Below are positions 49,651 to 61,645 of a DNA stretch of 64,000 bases, piece by piece; the first letter of the stretch is position 1; each line of letters starts with the position of its first letter. The position numbers were made by a program, and so were the translations under genes. Source of the DNA: Epiperipatus broadwayi (Eukaryota > Animalia > Onychophora). The DNA is taken from NCBI GenBank assembly GCA_028023455.1, contig JAQFVV010000011.1:4216001-4280000 (forward strand), given 5' to 3'. The notes under the pieces were generated by a model. The model was not told the DNA's origin, ran no database searches, and saw only the letters and a program-made list of their open reading frames with translations.

Positions 49651-51545
49651 AATTCATTATTCGTAACTAGACAAGCTGTTTCTCAAGTGAAAGTTTATAT
49701 CAGCGCAGACATTTAAATTCTTAAAGGACATCAGCTGTTATTAAATACTTTTGCTTGCAACAAGATGAAAAATTCTATACGTGTTGTCACCACCCGAATG
49801 GCATGCTAACTCAACAAAAGACGGATCCCTGACTTCCAAGTTTGCTCCAGTAATGCCTTAAACACCTAAAAGAAGCCGAAACCTCTTTACATCTACCTTG
49901 CCATGGTCTAAAGACCTGAAAATGAACTTAAGTAAAGGTGCGCACTCTACGTGAACATTGCTTTTACCGAAAGGTAACTTTTCTTTTTATTCTTCCCAGG
50001 GTAAATTAATTCTCATTAAATCTCCGCTCAGTCTAATCATAAATATGTATTCATAAGCTTAAGTAATTTATATAGCCTCATATTTAATATTTGCTGTGTT
50101 TTCTAATATTTTGTAGTGTGTCTTGGAATCTTAGTTTTAAGATTCCAAGTTGCTTTCAATTTTTGTTTATTGGAGAGTGACGAGTGAGTTTTCTATTTTT
50201 ATGTATTTTTATAAATGCTTTGGCAGTCATGCCTTTTAAATGCTTACCTGTAATTATGTTAATATTCAATAATTAATTTTAAACTCTATGTTTGCCCTAT
50301 TGCTAAACCTCCAAAATCTTTTGGCTGACGACTTTATTGTCTAATTTTCCGCAGGTGGGGGTTTCGTTTCTTATATCTCTGAAGGCGGAAATTAGAATTG
50401 TTTTTCTTTGTAATTTTATAAGTTGTCAGCAGGAAGATAAAATATATCCCTCTTTAAATTACAGGTGAGCAATACTTTCGTTCTGCTGGAGTATTTAAAC
50501 TTTTAATATTTCGTACTCATGTGCACTCTCCGATAGATTTCTTTTTGTATTTATTATGTGTGCTTTAAATTTATCAGAGCGTGTACTCAGAATTTGTTTG
50601 TAAGTTTATTTTCTTAAATGCTGGGGCAGACGTAACTTTTTCTAATTACTTACTTGTCCCTTATTGAGACCTTTAATTATTAATTTTAAAGTAATTTTTG
50701 CCAATCGTTTGGCTGGGATTCACCAGTTTTTAATTGTTTTACTTCCTTTCAATCTTATTTTTTGGTTGTTCTTGAGGTGGATCAATCACCGTTATTTTAA
50801 ACGTAGTAATAGGTGCAGTTCATACCGATATAAGGACATTCGAGGTCTGACCATGTTTAGATCTCGAAAAGCTCATCGGCACAGGTTTCTTTGATCTATT
50901 TCAAGGACGTATTGTTTGAATATCTGAAAGTGAGGACCAATGTTGGGATGAATCCTCTGCTGAATGAAATTTGCTTCCTCCCTTTTAAATTTGTTTATTA
51001 GAGAATCAGTAGATCTGCCAGAGCATTGCATTTAGTCTTTCTGGTACACGCCTGAGCTAATCATATTTGTTAACTTATAAACTTTTCTTATAAGTTATTC
51101 TTCTCTGAATAAAATTTTATTAAATATGTTTAAACTTAATTTGGCTGATGTTTGTCTTGGTGCTTTTGTCTCAATTGTCTAAACAATTTAAGATCTCTTG
51201 TTTCTCCCTGAGTCTAGTCAGCGCAAACCATCATCATAATCTATTCTGATCACAGTAAACAAATTTTCCAGACACGTAGTGGTCTGGTGGCGTCCTCTGT
51301 GTCAGAATAGATTGATAGACGAAAGTTAAAAGCTTTCGTCCGGCATATAATAAGAATTTTTAGCATAACCAACGTAAGGCTTCGAGTTCAAACCCAGGTA
51401 AGACTTTGTTTAGACAATTGAGAAAGATTTCAGGTATAAGAGGCAAGATTTAGTAGGTGAAGGTTCGGTTTTTGTTAATTATTGCATGTATTTTGGAGCA
51501 GTTTGATAGAATGGGGTTTGTCTTCTTTTTAATGAAATAATTTAG

Positions 51546-51880
51546 AAACTTAAAAAGCGTATTTTCAAAAAGTCTGTCGGAGTAATTTTATTTGAAGAGT
51601 TAAATATAGTTCGTCTTTCTTTTATATAAAATAAGTTATAAACAGTAAAAAGAGTATTTTCTAAAAAGTCTGTCTGAGTTAATTTTTTCGAAGAGTTAAA
51701 TATAGTTTGTCTTCTTTCTATATGAAATAGCTTAGAAACAATAAATAGTAAATAGCGTTTCTTTTAGATAAAAATCTGTCAGAGTTAATTTTTCGAATTT
51801 AAAAGTGTTTAAAAAATAATAATATAGTTCGTCTTTGTTATGAAATAATTTATAGAAAACAGTAAATAGCGTTTTATTTG
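51546..51880. repeat. ~100-bp tandem repeat x3 upstream of the ORF
   Basis: AAAA(AG)TCTGTC(G/T/A)GAGT...AATATAGTT(C/T)GTCTT recurs three times. Confidence 0.8.
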
Positions 51881-51942
51881 CTTTTAGACTTTTAGATATT
51901 TTTTTTAAGAAGTTAGTATTGCAAATTTAGTCTGGTGCGAAA

Positions 51943-52719
51943 ATGGGAATAGTTGAAAAAGAAGAGTCAGAGGTCAGGTTGATGATGAAGATGATAGAAA
52001 TGAAGGAAGAACTTAGTGAAATCAAGCAGGACCAGCGAGAAATGATTAGAGAAATGAGAGAGATGAGGGGTGAAATAACGGGAAGAGTAGAAGAAACTCA
52101 GGAAGTAGAAAAAGAGAGTCGAGAAGTAGAAAAAGTAGACATTATAAAAGATATAGAAATTAAGGTAGCACAGGATAGTGTTAAGACAGAGAAGGTGGAA
52201 ATAAAGTTAGAAATAAGCACAGATGGGTTACAAGCAGAAAGTGTGGCGGAAAATTTAGTAAATGTAAATAAAGCAATAGAAGAAAGTTATAAGGTAAAAA
52301 CAGAAAAGCAGGTAGAAGAGTTTCCGCGTGAAACTAAAAATAAATTGGTTTCAATAATTGTTTGTGTTGAATATGAGTTTGAAAAGAAGAAAAGAATTAA
52401 TAAAAAGATTAAGAAATATGATTTTAAGGTTGAAATAGAAGCTATATATAGAAGGATCTTAGGTCAAACAGTCAAAAAGTTCGTAGACGATAAATTCATT
52501 CCGTATACTAATGCTGATAGTATGAGTAGTAAAAGGGGACACTTAGTAGAAAGGTGTTTTGCTCAGCAAAACAGTTTTCCATTATATGAGATAGAAAACA
52601 AAATAGAACGTGAAAAAGTCAAGAGAAAATTATATAAGCTAAGAAAATATAAGAGAGGGAAAGGAACTTATTTTAATAAGTTAGTAAACGGAGTAAAAGA
52701 ACCGCCGGACAAAAGTTAA
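51943..52719 (+). CDS. Intact 258-aa gag-like / coiled-coil ORF of the repeat-bounded element
   Basis: A 777-nt open frame in very AT-rich DNA. It has an E/K/M-rich N-terminal coiled coil, a degenerate knuckle (SSKRGHLVERC, HX4C retained) and a basic C-terminus ending EPPDKS. Confidence 0.55.
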   Translation: MGIVEKEESEVRLMMKMIEMKEELSEIKQDQREMIREMREMRGEITGRVEETQEVEKESREVEKVDIIKDIEIKVAQDSVKTEKVEIKLEISTDGLQAESVAENLVNVNKAIEESYKVKTEKQVEEFPRETKNKLVSIIVCVEYEFEKKKRINKKIKKYDFKVEIEAIYRRILGQTVKKFVDDKFIPYTNADSMSSKRGHLVERCFAQQNSFPLYEIENKIEREKVKRKLYKLRKYKRGKGTYFNKLVNGVKEPPDKS

Positions 52720-53689
52720 GGGTTCAGCATTTAGCAATCGGACGGATTGTTTTTAACAAAAATAAAAAAAAGGATTTTGTTAAAGAATTATGAGAATGGA
52801 GAAAGGTTTTGATTAAAATGAAATATTGTTTTGTTTTTCATGAGTGCGAGGCAAACGTTCGGCCGAATTTCTAAGAATGTTTTTAAAATGTTTATAGTTT
52901 AAAAAAAAAAAAAGTTACAGGAATGTTTTTTTTTTTTTTGATCACGTTTGAACCGAATTGAAATCCGTTTCAATGGTGTTATTACCAAAAATATTTATTA
53001 AGCTTTTAATTTTCATTAAACGTTTAATGTTTAAATTTTATTATTATTTAAAAAAGAATACGTGTATCAAAATACACAAGCGTTTATATGTAAAACGCTT
53101 CATTTCAATGTTTATCGATTTATTTTAAAATAGTTTTCATATACCGCTTGTTTTTACTTTAAATCAATTAATTAAAAAACAAGCAACCTAGCTAATTACA
53201 TTCCTGTGGTTTTTATTTTAATAGCGGGGATTTGATTTTTATGTAGTTGTTTTCATTTCAATAATGACTATTTTTTCCTCTACCAAAACGAGCAGAGTCT
53301 AAATCAGCTGACATGCAAATGTCAACTCTTTAAAAATAAATCTCAATGTAGAAATAAGGATCAGGAACTATCATTAATTATTGTTTATTCTTTGAAATAT
53401 ATTTATGTATATAAAAGAGAAACAATCAAATATCTAATCATAAATAATATGATAAAACAATATTACTATAATGCTGGGTGGATGGTAAGGTATTCTAGAG
53501 AAATGTTATTTATATGATTGGCAGGAATTGATTTGATGGTGCCTAATTTAAGATAAAATGGTGTTGCCATAGTTGCTGCCACAAAATTTGTTGACTCATC
53601 AAAACAAGTTGTAAATGAAAAAAAAATAAATTAGAAATTTGCTTATTTTTTAGTAAAAATTGCAAACATTTGGTTACACTATTATAAGA

Positions 53690-54310
53690 GAATAGCCAAA
53701 ATAGTATTTAATTGGGATGACAGGTAACAAGATGGATGAGAAAGGTAATACAATATGCAGAAGATTTGGATAAAGACTTTATGTCTGTATATTTGCACAA
53801 AAGATGGGATGACTGTATTAGAATTATTGAGTATTATAGTAGCAAAGAATGGGATAGAAGAATAGATGCATTAATAAAAAATAGGGAGTTGAAGAGATGG
53901 ACAACTAGAATGGAGAGTAAGAAGAGTTTAAATATAGAAGTAAACAGAATATTAGGTGAGAGTTAATTTATGATAACAGCACGAAAAGTAGATTATTGTT
54001 TAAGGCTCAAACAGGCTTGTTAGCAACAAGGGAATATACACATAAATAGAAAAATGTGGGTGATTTAGTCTGCAAGTTATGTAAGGAGGGCATGGAAAAT
54101 ATTAGGCATCTGCTAATTGAATGTAAACGTTTATAAGCAGAAAGAGTACAAATAATGAAGTTGTGGGAGAATAAATATGAACAAAGTAATTATACAGAAA
54201 GTGCATTCTTGGTTTCTATGCTGGGTTTGGAAAAAGATAAGGAGGATTTAGATATAAAGGCCATAGAGTGGACAAAGATGATGATGTGGAAATGGGATGG
54301 AGCAGGATAG
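53690..54310 (+). mobile_element. Degraded non-LTR retrotransposon C-terminus (L2/Daphne-like, CCHC finger)
   Basis: YDNSTKSRLLFKAQTGLLAT...CKLCKEG.(frameshift)ENIRHLLIEC; several stops. Confidence 0.7.
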
Positions 54311-55268
54311 AGATGAATATGGGAAAAACTTAGGATGGGAAATTGAAAGGGAAGTTAGGGTGGGTAACAGGTTTCGCTGGGCATAGTGATTGAGAGATTT
54401 CTGATTCCAAGAAAGGAGAAGTCATGGTGCATTACATCACAGATAATAAGCTTAATATTATTTAAATATTGTATCTTTTGCATTTTATCACGAACAATTT
54501 TCGTCATTCTTATTATTTGGAAAAAGTGTCTGCATACATATAATTTAATATTAATTATAGTGCTTAACTCTAGTATTTTTTTACTAAGTTACAATACAGC
54601 AGTCCTTTTGAATCTATGAAGTTTGATTCCAAGAGACATGTTATGGATTTTAAAATTTGTGGATAATAGTGACTGTATTGTAATGCATTTTTAACAAACA
54701 CATGTATATATAAATGTGGAAAACTTATTGAAAATATACACACGTATATATTTGTGTATGTAACATAATATATATGATACTGTGATCAAAAAATAAAATA
54801 TAAAGAATTAACATTTTTATCTTTTACCTTTTTTTAAAAAAATCATACTGTATTAAAAATATTTACTGACATTGCTTAAAGTTTGTTGTTATTAATTTAA
54901 AAAGAAGTGCCTGCTTATTTAAGAACTTTAATAAATTATTCTCACTTTTTTTTTTAATTCTTAAACTCTTGATATTGCTTTAATTTAAAAATTCTTTTGT
55001 TTTAATTTTGGTTTAGTTGAAGAAGATAAGAAGTGTTTGTTGAATTAATAATCATTAACTCTTCCAGCTAGGAACCCATGCTGAGAGCATATATTATCAG
55101 AAATGCCCTCAATTTTTCCTTAGATGTAACTATTTTTACTAAATTTATTTGTATAATACTTGTAAACCGAGGTTGTAGTTTTATCTGGGATTGGGGTGGG
55201 GGGGGTGATTGGGGGAAAAAATTGAATTAGTTTATACATGAAACTGTTTTTTTTTTTAATATGTCAAA

Positions 55269-55340
55269 TGCGTTGACCTGGAAGCGAACCCGGGCCAGCT
55301 GCTTGGAAGGCAGCTATGCTAACCGCTAGGCCACCAACGT
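55269..55340 (-). pseudogene. tRNA-Gly(TCC)-like sequence, probably a pseudogene
   Basis: 72 nt ACGTTGGTGGCCTAGCGGTTAGCATAGCTGCCTTCCAAGCAGCTGGCCCGGGTTCGCTTCCAGGTCAACGCA. The anticodon arm is intact, but there is a 1:72 mismatch, A58>C and a T-stem mismatch. Confidence 0.75.
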
Positions 55341-55749
55341 TTTAATGAAATATTCAAGTCAGATTTCTTATATGAACGTATATATCTATATATGATCATG
55401 TGTGGCATAAGTAATTTGTCAAATATATTAAAAAACAAAATGCTTAAGATAAACTTTCATTAATGCACTGATGTGGTTTATTTTTCTAAAGGCTGAATTG
55501 TTTTTTTTTTTTGTTGTTGCTTTTTTAAAAAAAAAAAAAATATATCACTATGACTCTAACATGTCACTCACTGTTAGATAAAAGCATTCATTAAAATCAG
55601 TGTATTTTACAGATATACGGGTAAAACCTAATTATAGGCACATTGTCAACAACTAAAAGAAGTAAAGCAAGAATATATATACATTTAATAAATAATATTT
55701 TTATAGACTAATATTCACTTCACCCTCGTGGAAGGTAGGGACTCATTTT

Positions 55750-56600
55750 TATCCACTTTTAATACCTTTTGGATAAGTGTAATCATAAATATTACTAAAG
55801 ACGTGTGAAAAAGATGCATGATTTCCAAGATGCATATTTTGTACTGAACCAGCACTCATCAGTTGAGACTCACATCACATTCTCACACATTTTTATCATA
55901 GCTCAGCATATATAAATAGCTAATTGCTACAGTTTAATTGATAAATGTCAAACTTAATGTCCTCACAACTTTGATGCTAATCACTTAATGGACGTATATT
56001 AAACTTTTTTATTAGTCATTCATTAGACTTGAGATTATTCACTTAATGAATAATATTTCTGTAGTGTAATTTTCATCAAGTGTAATATTCATTAAGTGGA
56101 TAATCTCTAGTCTAATAAATGAATAATAAAAATTATGTATATACTTCCATTAAGTGATTTGTGTCAAAGTTGCAAGAACAGTAAGTTTGACACATCAATT
56201 AAGCTGTAATAATTGGCTATCTAAAGAGATTGCCAACAGCTCTTAACAAGCTTCTTAAATTAGGTCATGTGATATATGACTTGATTTCTTTGCAATTAAT
56301 TGGCTATCTATATATATATTGAACAATGATAATGATATATGTGAGAGATTGTGATCTGGGCCAACTGGTGAGTGCTGGTTCAGCATGAAATGTGTATCTT
56401 GTGGATGACATATCTTTTTCATATGTCTTTGGTTATTTAATTACACCCCTCCGCAAAATGTTAAAAGTGGATAGAAACCAGTCCTTACCTTGCATGACTG
56501 TGAAATAGTGAAAATTACACTACAGAAATATTATTCATTAAGCCGATAATCTCTAATTTATTTTGAATGACTAATAAAAAATTTTAAGAATATATACATA
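55750..56600. mobile_element. Head-to-head pair of RZ3 units
   Basis: The minus copy ~55750-56075 has a hammerhead at 55825-55866. The plus copy ~56083-56600 has a hammerhead at 56361-56402. ATTCATTAAG..GATAATCTCTA recurs at 56087 and 56533 (446-nt period). Confidence 0.8.
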
Positions 56601-57605
56601 TGTGTATATACATTAATTAGGAAATATATCTATATACTTAATATTTCATTTTTAAAATTTCTTTCATAATTAAATGATGAATGTCAGTATGTTGATAAAA
56701 TGTATTATATAACTTTGAGATCCTAAATAATGCAGAATTTGTTAAACATTTCTAAATGTATGTATGTAAAATGATTTTCAAATATATGTCAGATATATTA
56801 GATTTTTTTTTCTAATACAGTTTACAATATTGATTTTTTAAAATTGATTTTGCTTAGGATACTTGATATTATTCCAAATTTTAGCACCATAATGATTTAT
56901 AAATTTTGCTTGTACGAAATTTAATGATCTGCTGTGAAATGTTTTTCGAGTTACTTCTGTAGTTTGGAATTAGATTCTTTGTGATATATCCCTCAATCAT
57001 GGAACACTTTAAGAATTATTGCTTATAATAAATATATTGATGTCATAATCTTTTGTGTTTGTAAATTTGGTTTCTGTTTTTCCCCTCTGGAAACAATACT
57101 TAATTTACTTTATATTTGATGTAAGGACAGGCTTTTTTCAGAAAATAGAAAGAAACCAGTTTCTGGCTGAAATACCAAAACATTAAGCTATAAATACATG
57201 TACTATTTTTATAATTAAAATAAAGCAACATCTTAAATATGTCTCTTTGAGGCAAACTTTTATTCAGAAAGAAGGATTGAGGAATATTAGAAATGCAAAT
57301 GCAGCTAATTATCTCAACAAATATCTATTTACCTGATTAGCTGAGAAAACTATATACCAATTATATGTAAAAATATTTGCCACAACATCAGAATTTTTCT
57401 GCTACCCCAAATTTGAATCTCGTGTCTGCACAGTATGTGTATATGTGAGTGTGTATATATTTCAAAACAATACATATTCTTATTTTAAACACATATCTTA
57501 ATGTTTTGTAATGTTTTTAAATTTGTTTTGTCATCTTTTAATAATTATCTCTCAATACTTTAATTCGCTGAGGATAATTATTTTAAATAATCATAACATA
57601 TTTTA

Positions 57606-58106
57606 GTAATAATAACAAGTCAGGTGTAACATGACTTATATATAGCTTGCACTTACAAATATGTAAAATTAAGAGCGTGCTAATAGCTCTAAACAAGCTT
57701 TTTTTTTTTATTATTTATGATAAATGCTACTACAAGAGAAGGCATTCAAATCATTTTTATCTTGGATTGTCCCCATCCCCAGACCGGTTTTGACCTATGG
57801 GTCTCTTCAGTGAGGAATAGGCCCATATGATTTTTTCAGTTGGAGAGCTGACTTTAAAGACATGTAGATGTCTAAAAGTTTCAGATCTTCTTCTAACAAT
57901 TATCTTTTAGATAAATGCTTTGCTTGAGTTGGTTTTTTAGATCTAATGTCCCAGCTCCTCACTGAAGAGACCCATAGGTCGAAACCGGTCTGGGAATGGA
58001 GACAATCCAAGATAAAAATGATTTGAATGCCTTCTCTTGTAGTAGCATTTATCATAAATAATAAAAAAAAAGCTTGTTTAGAGCTATTAGCATGCTCTTA
58101 ATTTTA
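57606..58106. mobile_element. RZ2 fold-back insertion with two hammerheads and 14-bp TSD
   Basis: TSD CATAACATATTTTA (57592-57605, 58107-58120); arms ~57657-57816 and ~57956-58110. The plus hammerhead 57947-58004 has an intact core; the minus one has GAAA>AAAA. Confidence 0.9.
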
Positions 58107-59304
58107 CATAACATATTTTAAAAAATAAGTAGAAAGTTGGGATTTTTAAATTTTTATCATTGCACTCTTGATCTCAAACTTCATTATATTGCAACTCTCT
58201 ACTAGCATAAAAATTTTGACCATTCATGCATCTTATTTTTGCTCATCAAATGAAGTTGGAACACTAAGCTTCTGGATCTTCATGACCATTTTGATGGTTC
58301 AATATTTTTTTCTTACACTATTCTCATACAAGAGGGTATTTGTTTTTATTCATTTTTAATACCATATAGAAATGAATCAGTCTTTGCCCCATGAAGATAT
58401 ATGTTTAGAATGTGATTATATTGTGTTGCTTTAAAATTATACTTTTGTAAAATGGTACACTAAAATAATTGCTTAAAAATAATATGAAAATGTGTATGAG
58501 TAAAATCTGAATATTTTTTTGTCAGCAATAATTTTGATATTAATTACAATCATTCCCAACTACTTAAAACCTAGCATTAAGTTCGTTAACACTTGTTAAA
58601 TGGTTGGCAGACAATATCTGATTCTTATCAATGATGATCAAATGTTGCCACTGTAGGGAAACTCAATGCAGTTTCAAAGTTGGATTTTCATTTAAGCTTA
58701 AATTTATTTATATTGAAAATATGAAGATTACTATTTCATTGCATGTTAACAAAAAAAAAAAAATGTCAATATACTGCTGCATATGTTATATTAAAATGCC
58801 TTAGTAATACAATTACTAAAGAATGAAATTAAAATCCTTATCCTTATTAATATATAAATGTGAATGTTTGTTACTTTCTATTTCAACAAATATTGCATCA
58901 ATCTTGATGAATCTTGCATGATTTTTTTTTTTTTTTGTGGAGAACCTTATAGGCTATGAACTTTTGCATTATGTTACTTAATTGTTTTAAAAACTTGGGT
59001 AATTTATGATCACATTCTTTTTTTATACACAGTTTGTATACTTAAAATGAGGCTCTGACTGTTAACCATTCTACGTTTTCGAATGCATTGCTTCATTTGT
59101 TCATTGATTCGCCCCCTAGTGAGAATTTCCACAAGAAAAGTGATAAAGGTGTATTAATATATATACCAAAAAAGATCTCGTGATGAAGTAGTTGCTCATT
59201 TAACTATTATTTGTCTGCAATCTGGCTTCAAATCTCAGCTCAGTCGAGTTTAAGTTCAGGATTTTTAGCTCATCAGCCTACCCATTGCCAATTCAGCTAA
59301 TAAT

Positions 59305-59800
59305 CTGATCATCATCATCATTTTCAGCTATTATTGATCCACTGTAGGGTAATGGTCTCTTCAGATTTTTACCTTCTCTTTTCCACATAACTCCAGAAAA
59401 TTTCTTTATCTTATTCTTTCATCTCTCATGTGGTCTATTTTTAGGTGTGTCACAATCTTTTGGAATTCCAGTTTAAGAATTTAACTGCTCATCTATTATC
59501 TCTTCTAGCAGTATGTCCAATGCATCTTCATTTCAGCTTTTAATCTTCCAATGATGTCTGTTTGTTACCCCCCTCATATATTTTGCTTTCAATCCCACTT
59601 CCCTTGTTACTTCTGTCATACACCTTTCTATTCTTTATTATGGGATTTGAAGTCTGTATTGCTCTTCTTTTAAGTGTCCAAGTATCACATCCATATATAA
59701 GAATTGGCAAAACAACTATTAAAAACATTCATTTTCAGTGTAATTCTGTGATTAATTTCCTTCATAACACTTCCACTTGTATTAATAATAAATATAAAAC
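59305..59800 (-). mobile_element. Degraded RTE 3' fragment
   Basis: VLPILIYGCDTWTLKRRAIQ; (TGA)n tail at ~59307-59320. Confidence 0.8.
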
Positions 59801-61645
59801 AACATTAATTCTTATCTCTGTGTGAGAATTTGAATCTGGTAAATATTGCCTTCTTTGCATTTCCTCTTGAGAGGCACTGAAAAAAAAAATCCTGCTATAT
59901 TTCTATAGGCAGCCAAACATTTACTTCATTTTAACTGTCAGGAGTTAATTGTTTGGAAATATTATTTCCTGAATCAAGGTTCTGCTATTCTATTTTTATT
60001 TAGAGATTAGAGTCAGCAAACGATTTTAAAGTTAGTCTGAAAAAGTACCCACTTGAAATGTCAGAAAATCTTTATGTTGTAATTAATTTTAATTAGTTAA
60101 AGATGAAATCCCAATATTTAATCTTCTCTGCCCACATGTGAAAGAAGTAGAATCTTTTTTACTGTAATCAAATTTTGACCTGGATTTTACTAAAATTAAA
60201 ATTATTTAATTTAATTAATTGCTAAAATCTTTAAAAAGTATCTAATTGATAAGGAAACTTACCCACTGAATATGTAATTTGACTACGATTACTTAAAATT
60301 AGTTCTTTCAAACCGTTCATTTCCAATCTGTATTATAGTGTCATAAATTGACATCAAACTTGGAGATCTCCATTTTTTTGAAATTATTGTTATTATAAAA
60401 ATGTATTATGGAATTATATTTAGAGAGGAAGAGAGTGCGGGGGGAAATTAATCATTGTGTAATACTTTTTAAATTTTGATTTAAAAAGGTAGAAATATTA
60501 AAACAAGATTAAGCAAAATAATTGAAAAACTAACTAGCTAAACAGTTAATTTTCCACATAACCAATCTCTTAGAAATTTAATAAGTGAAGGTATATGTAC
60601 TTTTGATATGCTCGGGTAATAAAGCAGAATTGTCCGCTTCATCAATTGTTAAAAGTTTTACTGATAAAAATTGATTTTAGATATGTAACATATTTATATG
60701 CATATGTGTGTGTGTAAGTATAACACGAATGAGTTAGACTAGTAGTTTTGGTATAACAATCGGTCCAGAGTTTGATTTAATAATAGATTTATTTTTTTAC
60801 AAAAGAAAAATGTGTTGTTGTTTTTTTAAGAAACCTGAGAAATATTTAAAATAGCATTTTTAATTACCTAGCTTAAACTTTAAAAAAAAAAAAAAGGCAT
60901 TTTATTGGCATGACAACTTTAAAGCGTTTCTTTTGACTGATCACATTTGTAATACAAGTATTTGGTTTATAAAGAAGATTACCAGCTCCCTCCCCTATAT
61001 AATAGATCAAATTTTGCAATATATATATGCACTCAATGCTCTAGTCACATGGAAAGGAGATTGGATAAAGTTAATAATAATAAAAAAGGTTTATAAGAAA
61101 ATATTTTGTTTTCTAAATATTTGAAAAAATGATACAAAAATCCAGTTATATATTGTCAACAAAAAATGAACATAATTAAAACACAATTTTTTTTATGCAA
61201 ATTATCACAAATATATTTATACAATTCAAATAAAATGTAAATAATAATAACTATGTAAAAATAATCATAAAAAATGCATATACTTTAAATACAATTTCAC
61301 TGATTTTCTTGGTTTTGATTATCTGCACGGGATATTAAAGTTTATTCCACACAGATATAAGAATAAGACTCTTTTCACTGCTATAAATGTTGAAGAAATT
61401 GACTAATTATTTTATAATTCAATTTTAATTTTTGTTATCTTTTGAGCTTATGTATATCTTTATAAATTTTTATTAGTCTTTATATGATTGAATTTTCAAA
61501 TTCAAACAGTTCTATTTTAAATTATCAAACTCAACAAAAAAAGTAATATAGTGGTGTAGGTGCAATTTTGGTTTAATCAAAATTCTCTGAATTAGTTATG
61601 TATTTAAATACATACTCTGTGCAATCAGTTTTGAAATCCATTTTC

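Larger units (their letters stand above)
49193..53265 (+). mobile_element. ~4.07-kb element bounded by ~317-bp direct repeats (LTR-like, pol-less)
   Basis: 49193-49509 and 52948-53265 differ at only 4 positions. The interior retains CpG and holds a promoter, ~100-bp tandem repeats and a gag-like ORF. No clean TG..CA, TSD or PPT is found. Confidence 0.6.

Noticed and set aside
55269-55340. Functional tRNA-Gly gene
   Set aside because: It has a 1:72 mismatch, loss of A58, a T-stem mismatch and only a 3-T run downstream.
59350-59370. TCTTCAG (CTGAAGA on the minus strand) as another hammerhead
   Set aside because: It lies in RTE 3' sequence with no stem II or GAAA. The same applies to CTGATGA at ~4549 and ~61693.
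60310-60460. Possible enhancer (TAAATTGACATCAAA motif cluster)
   Set aside because: Such short motifs occur by chance and conservation data are needed.
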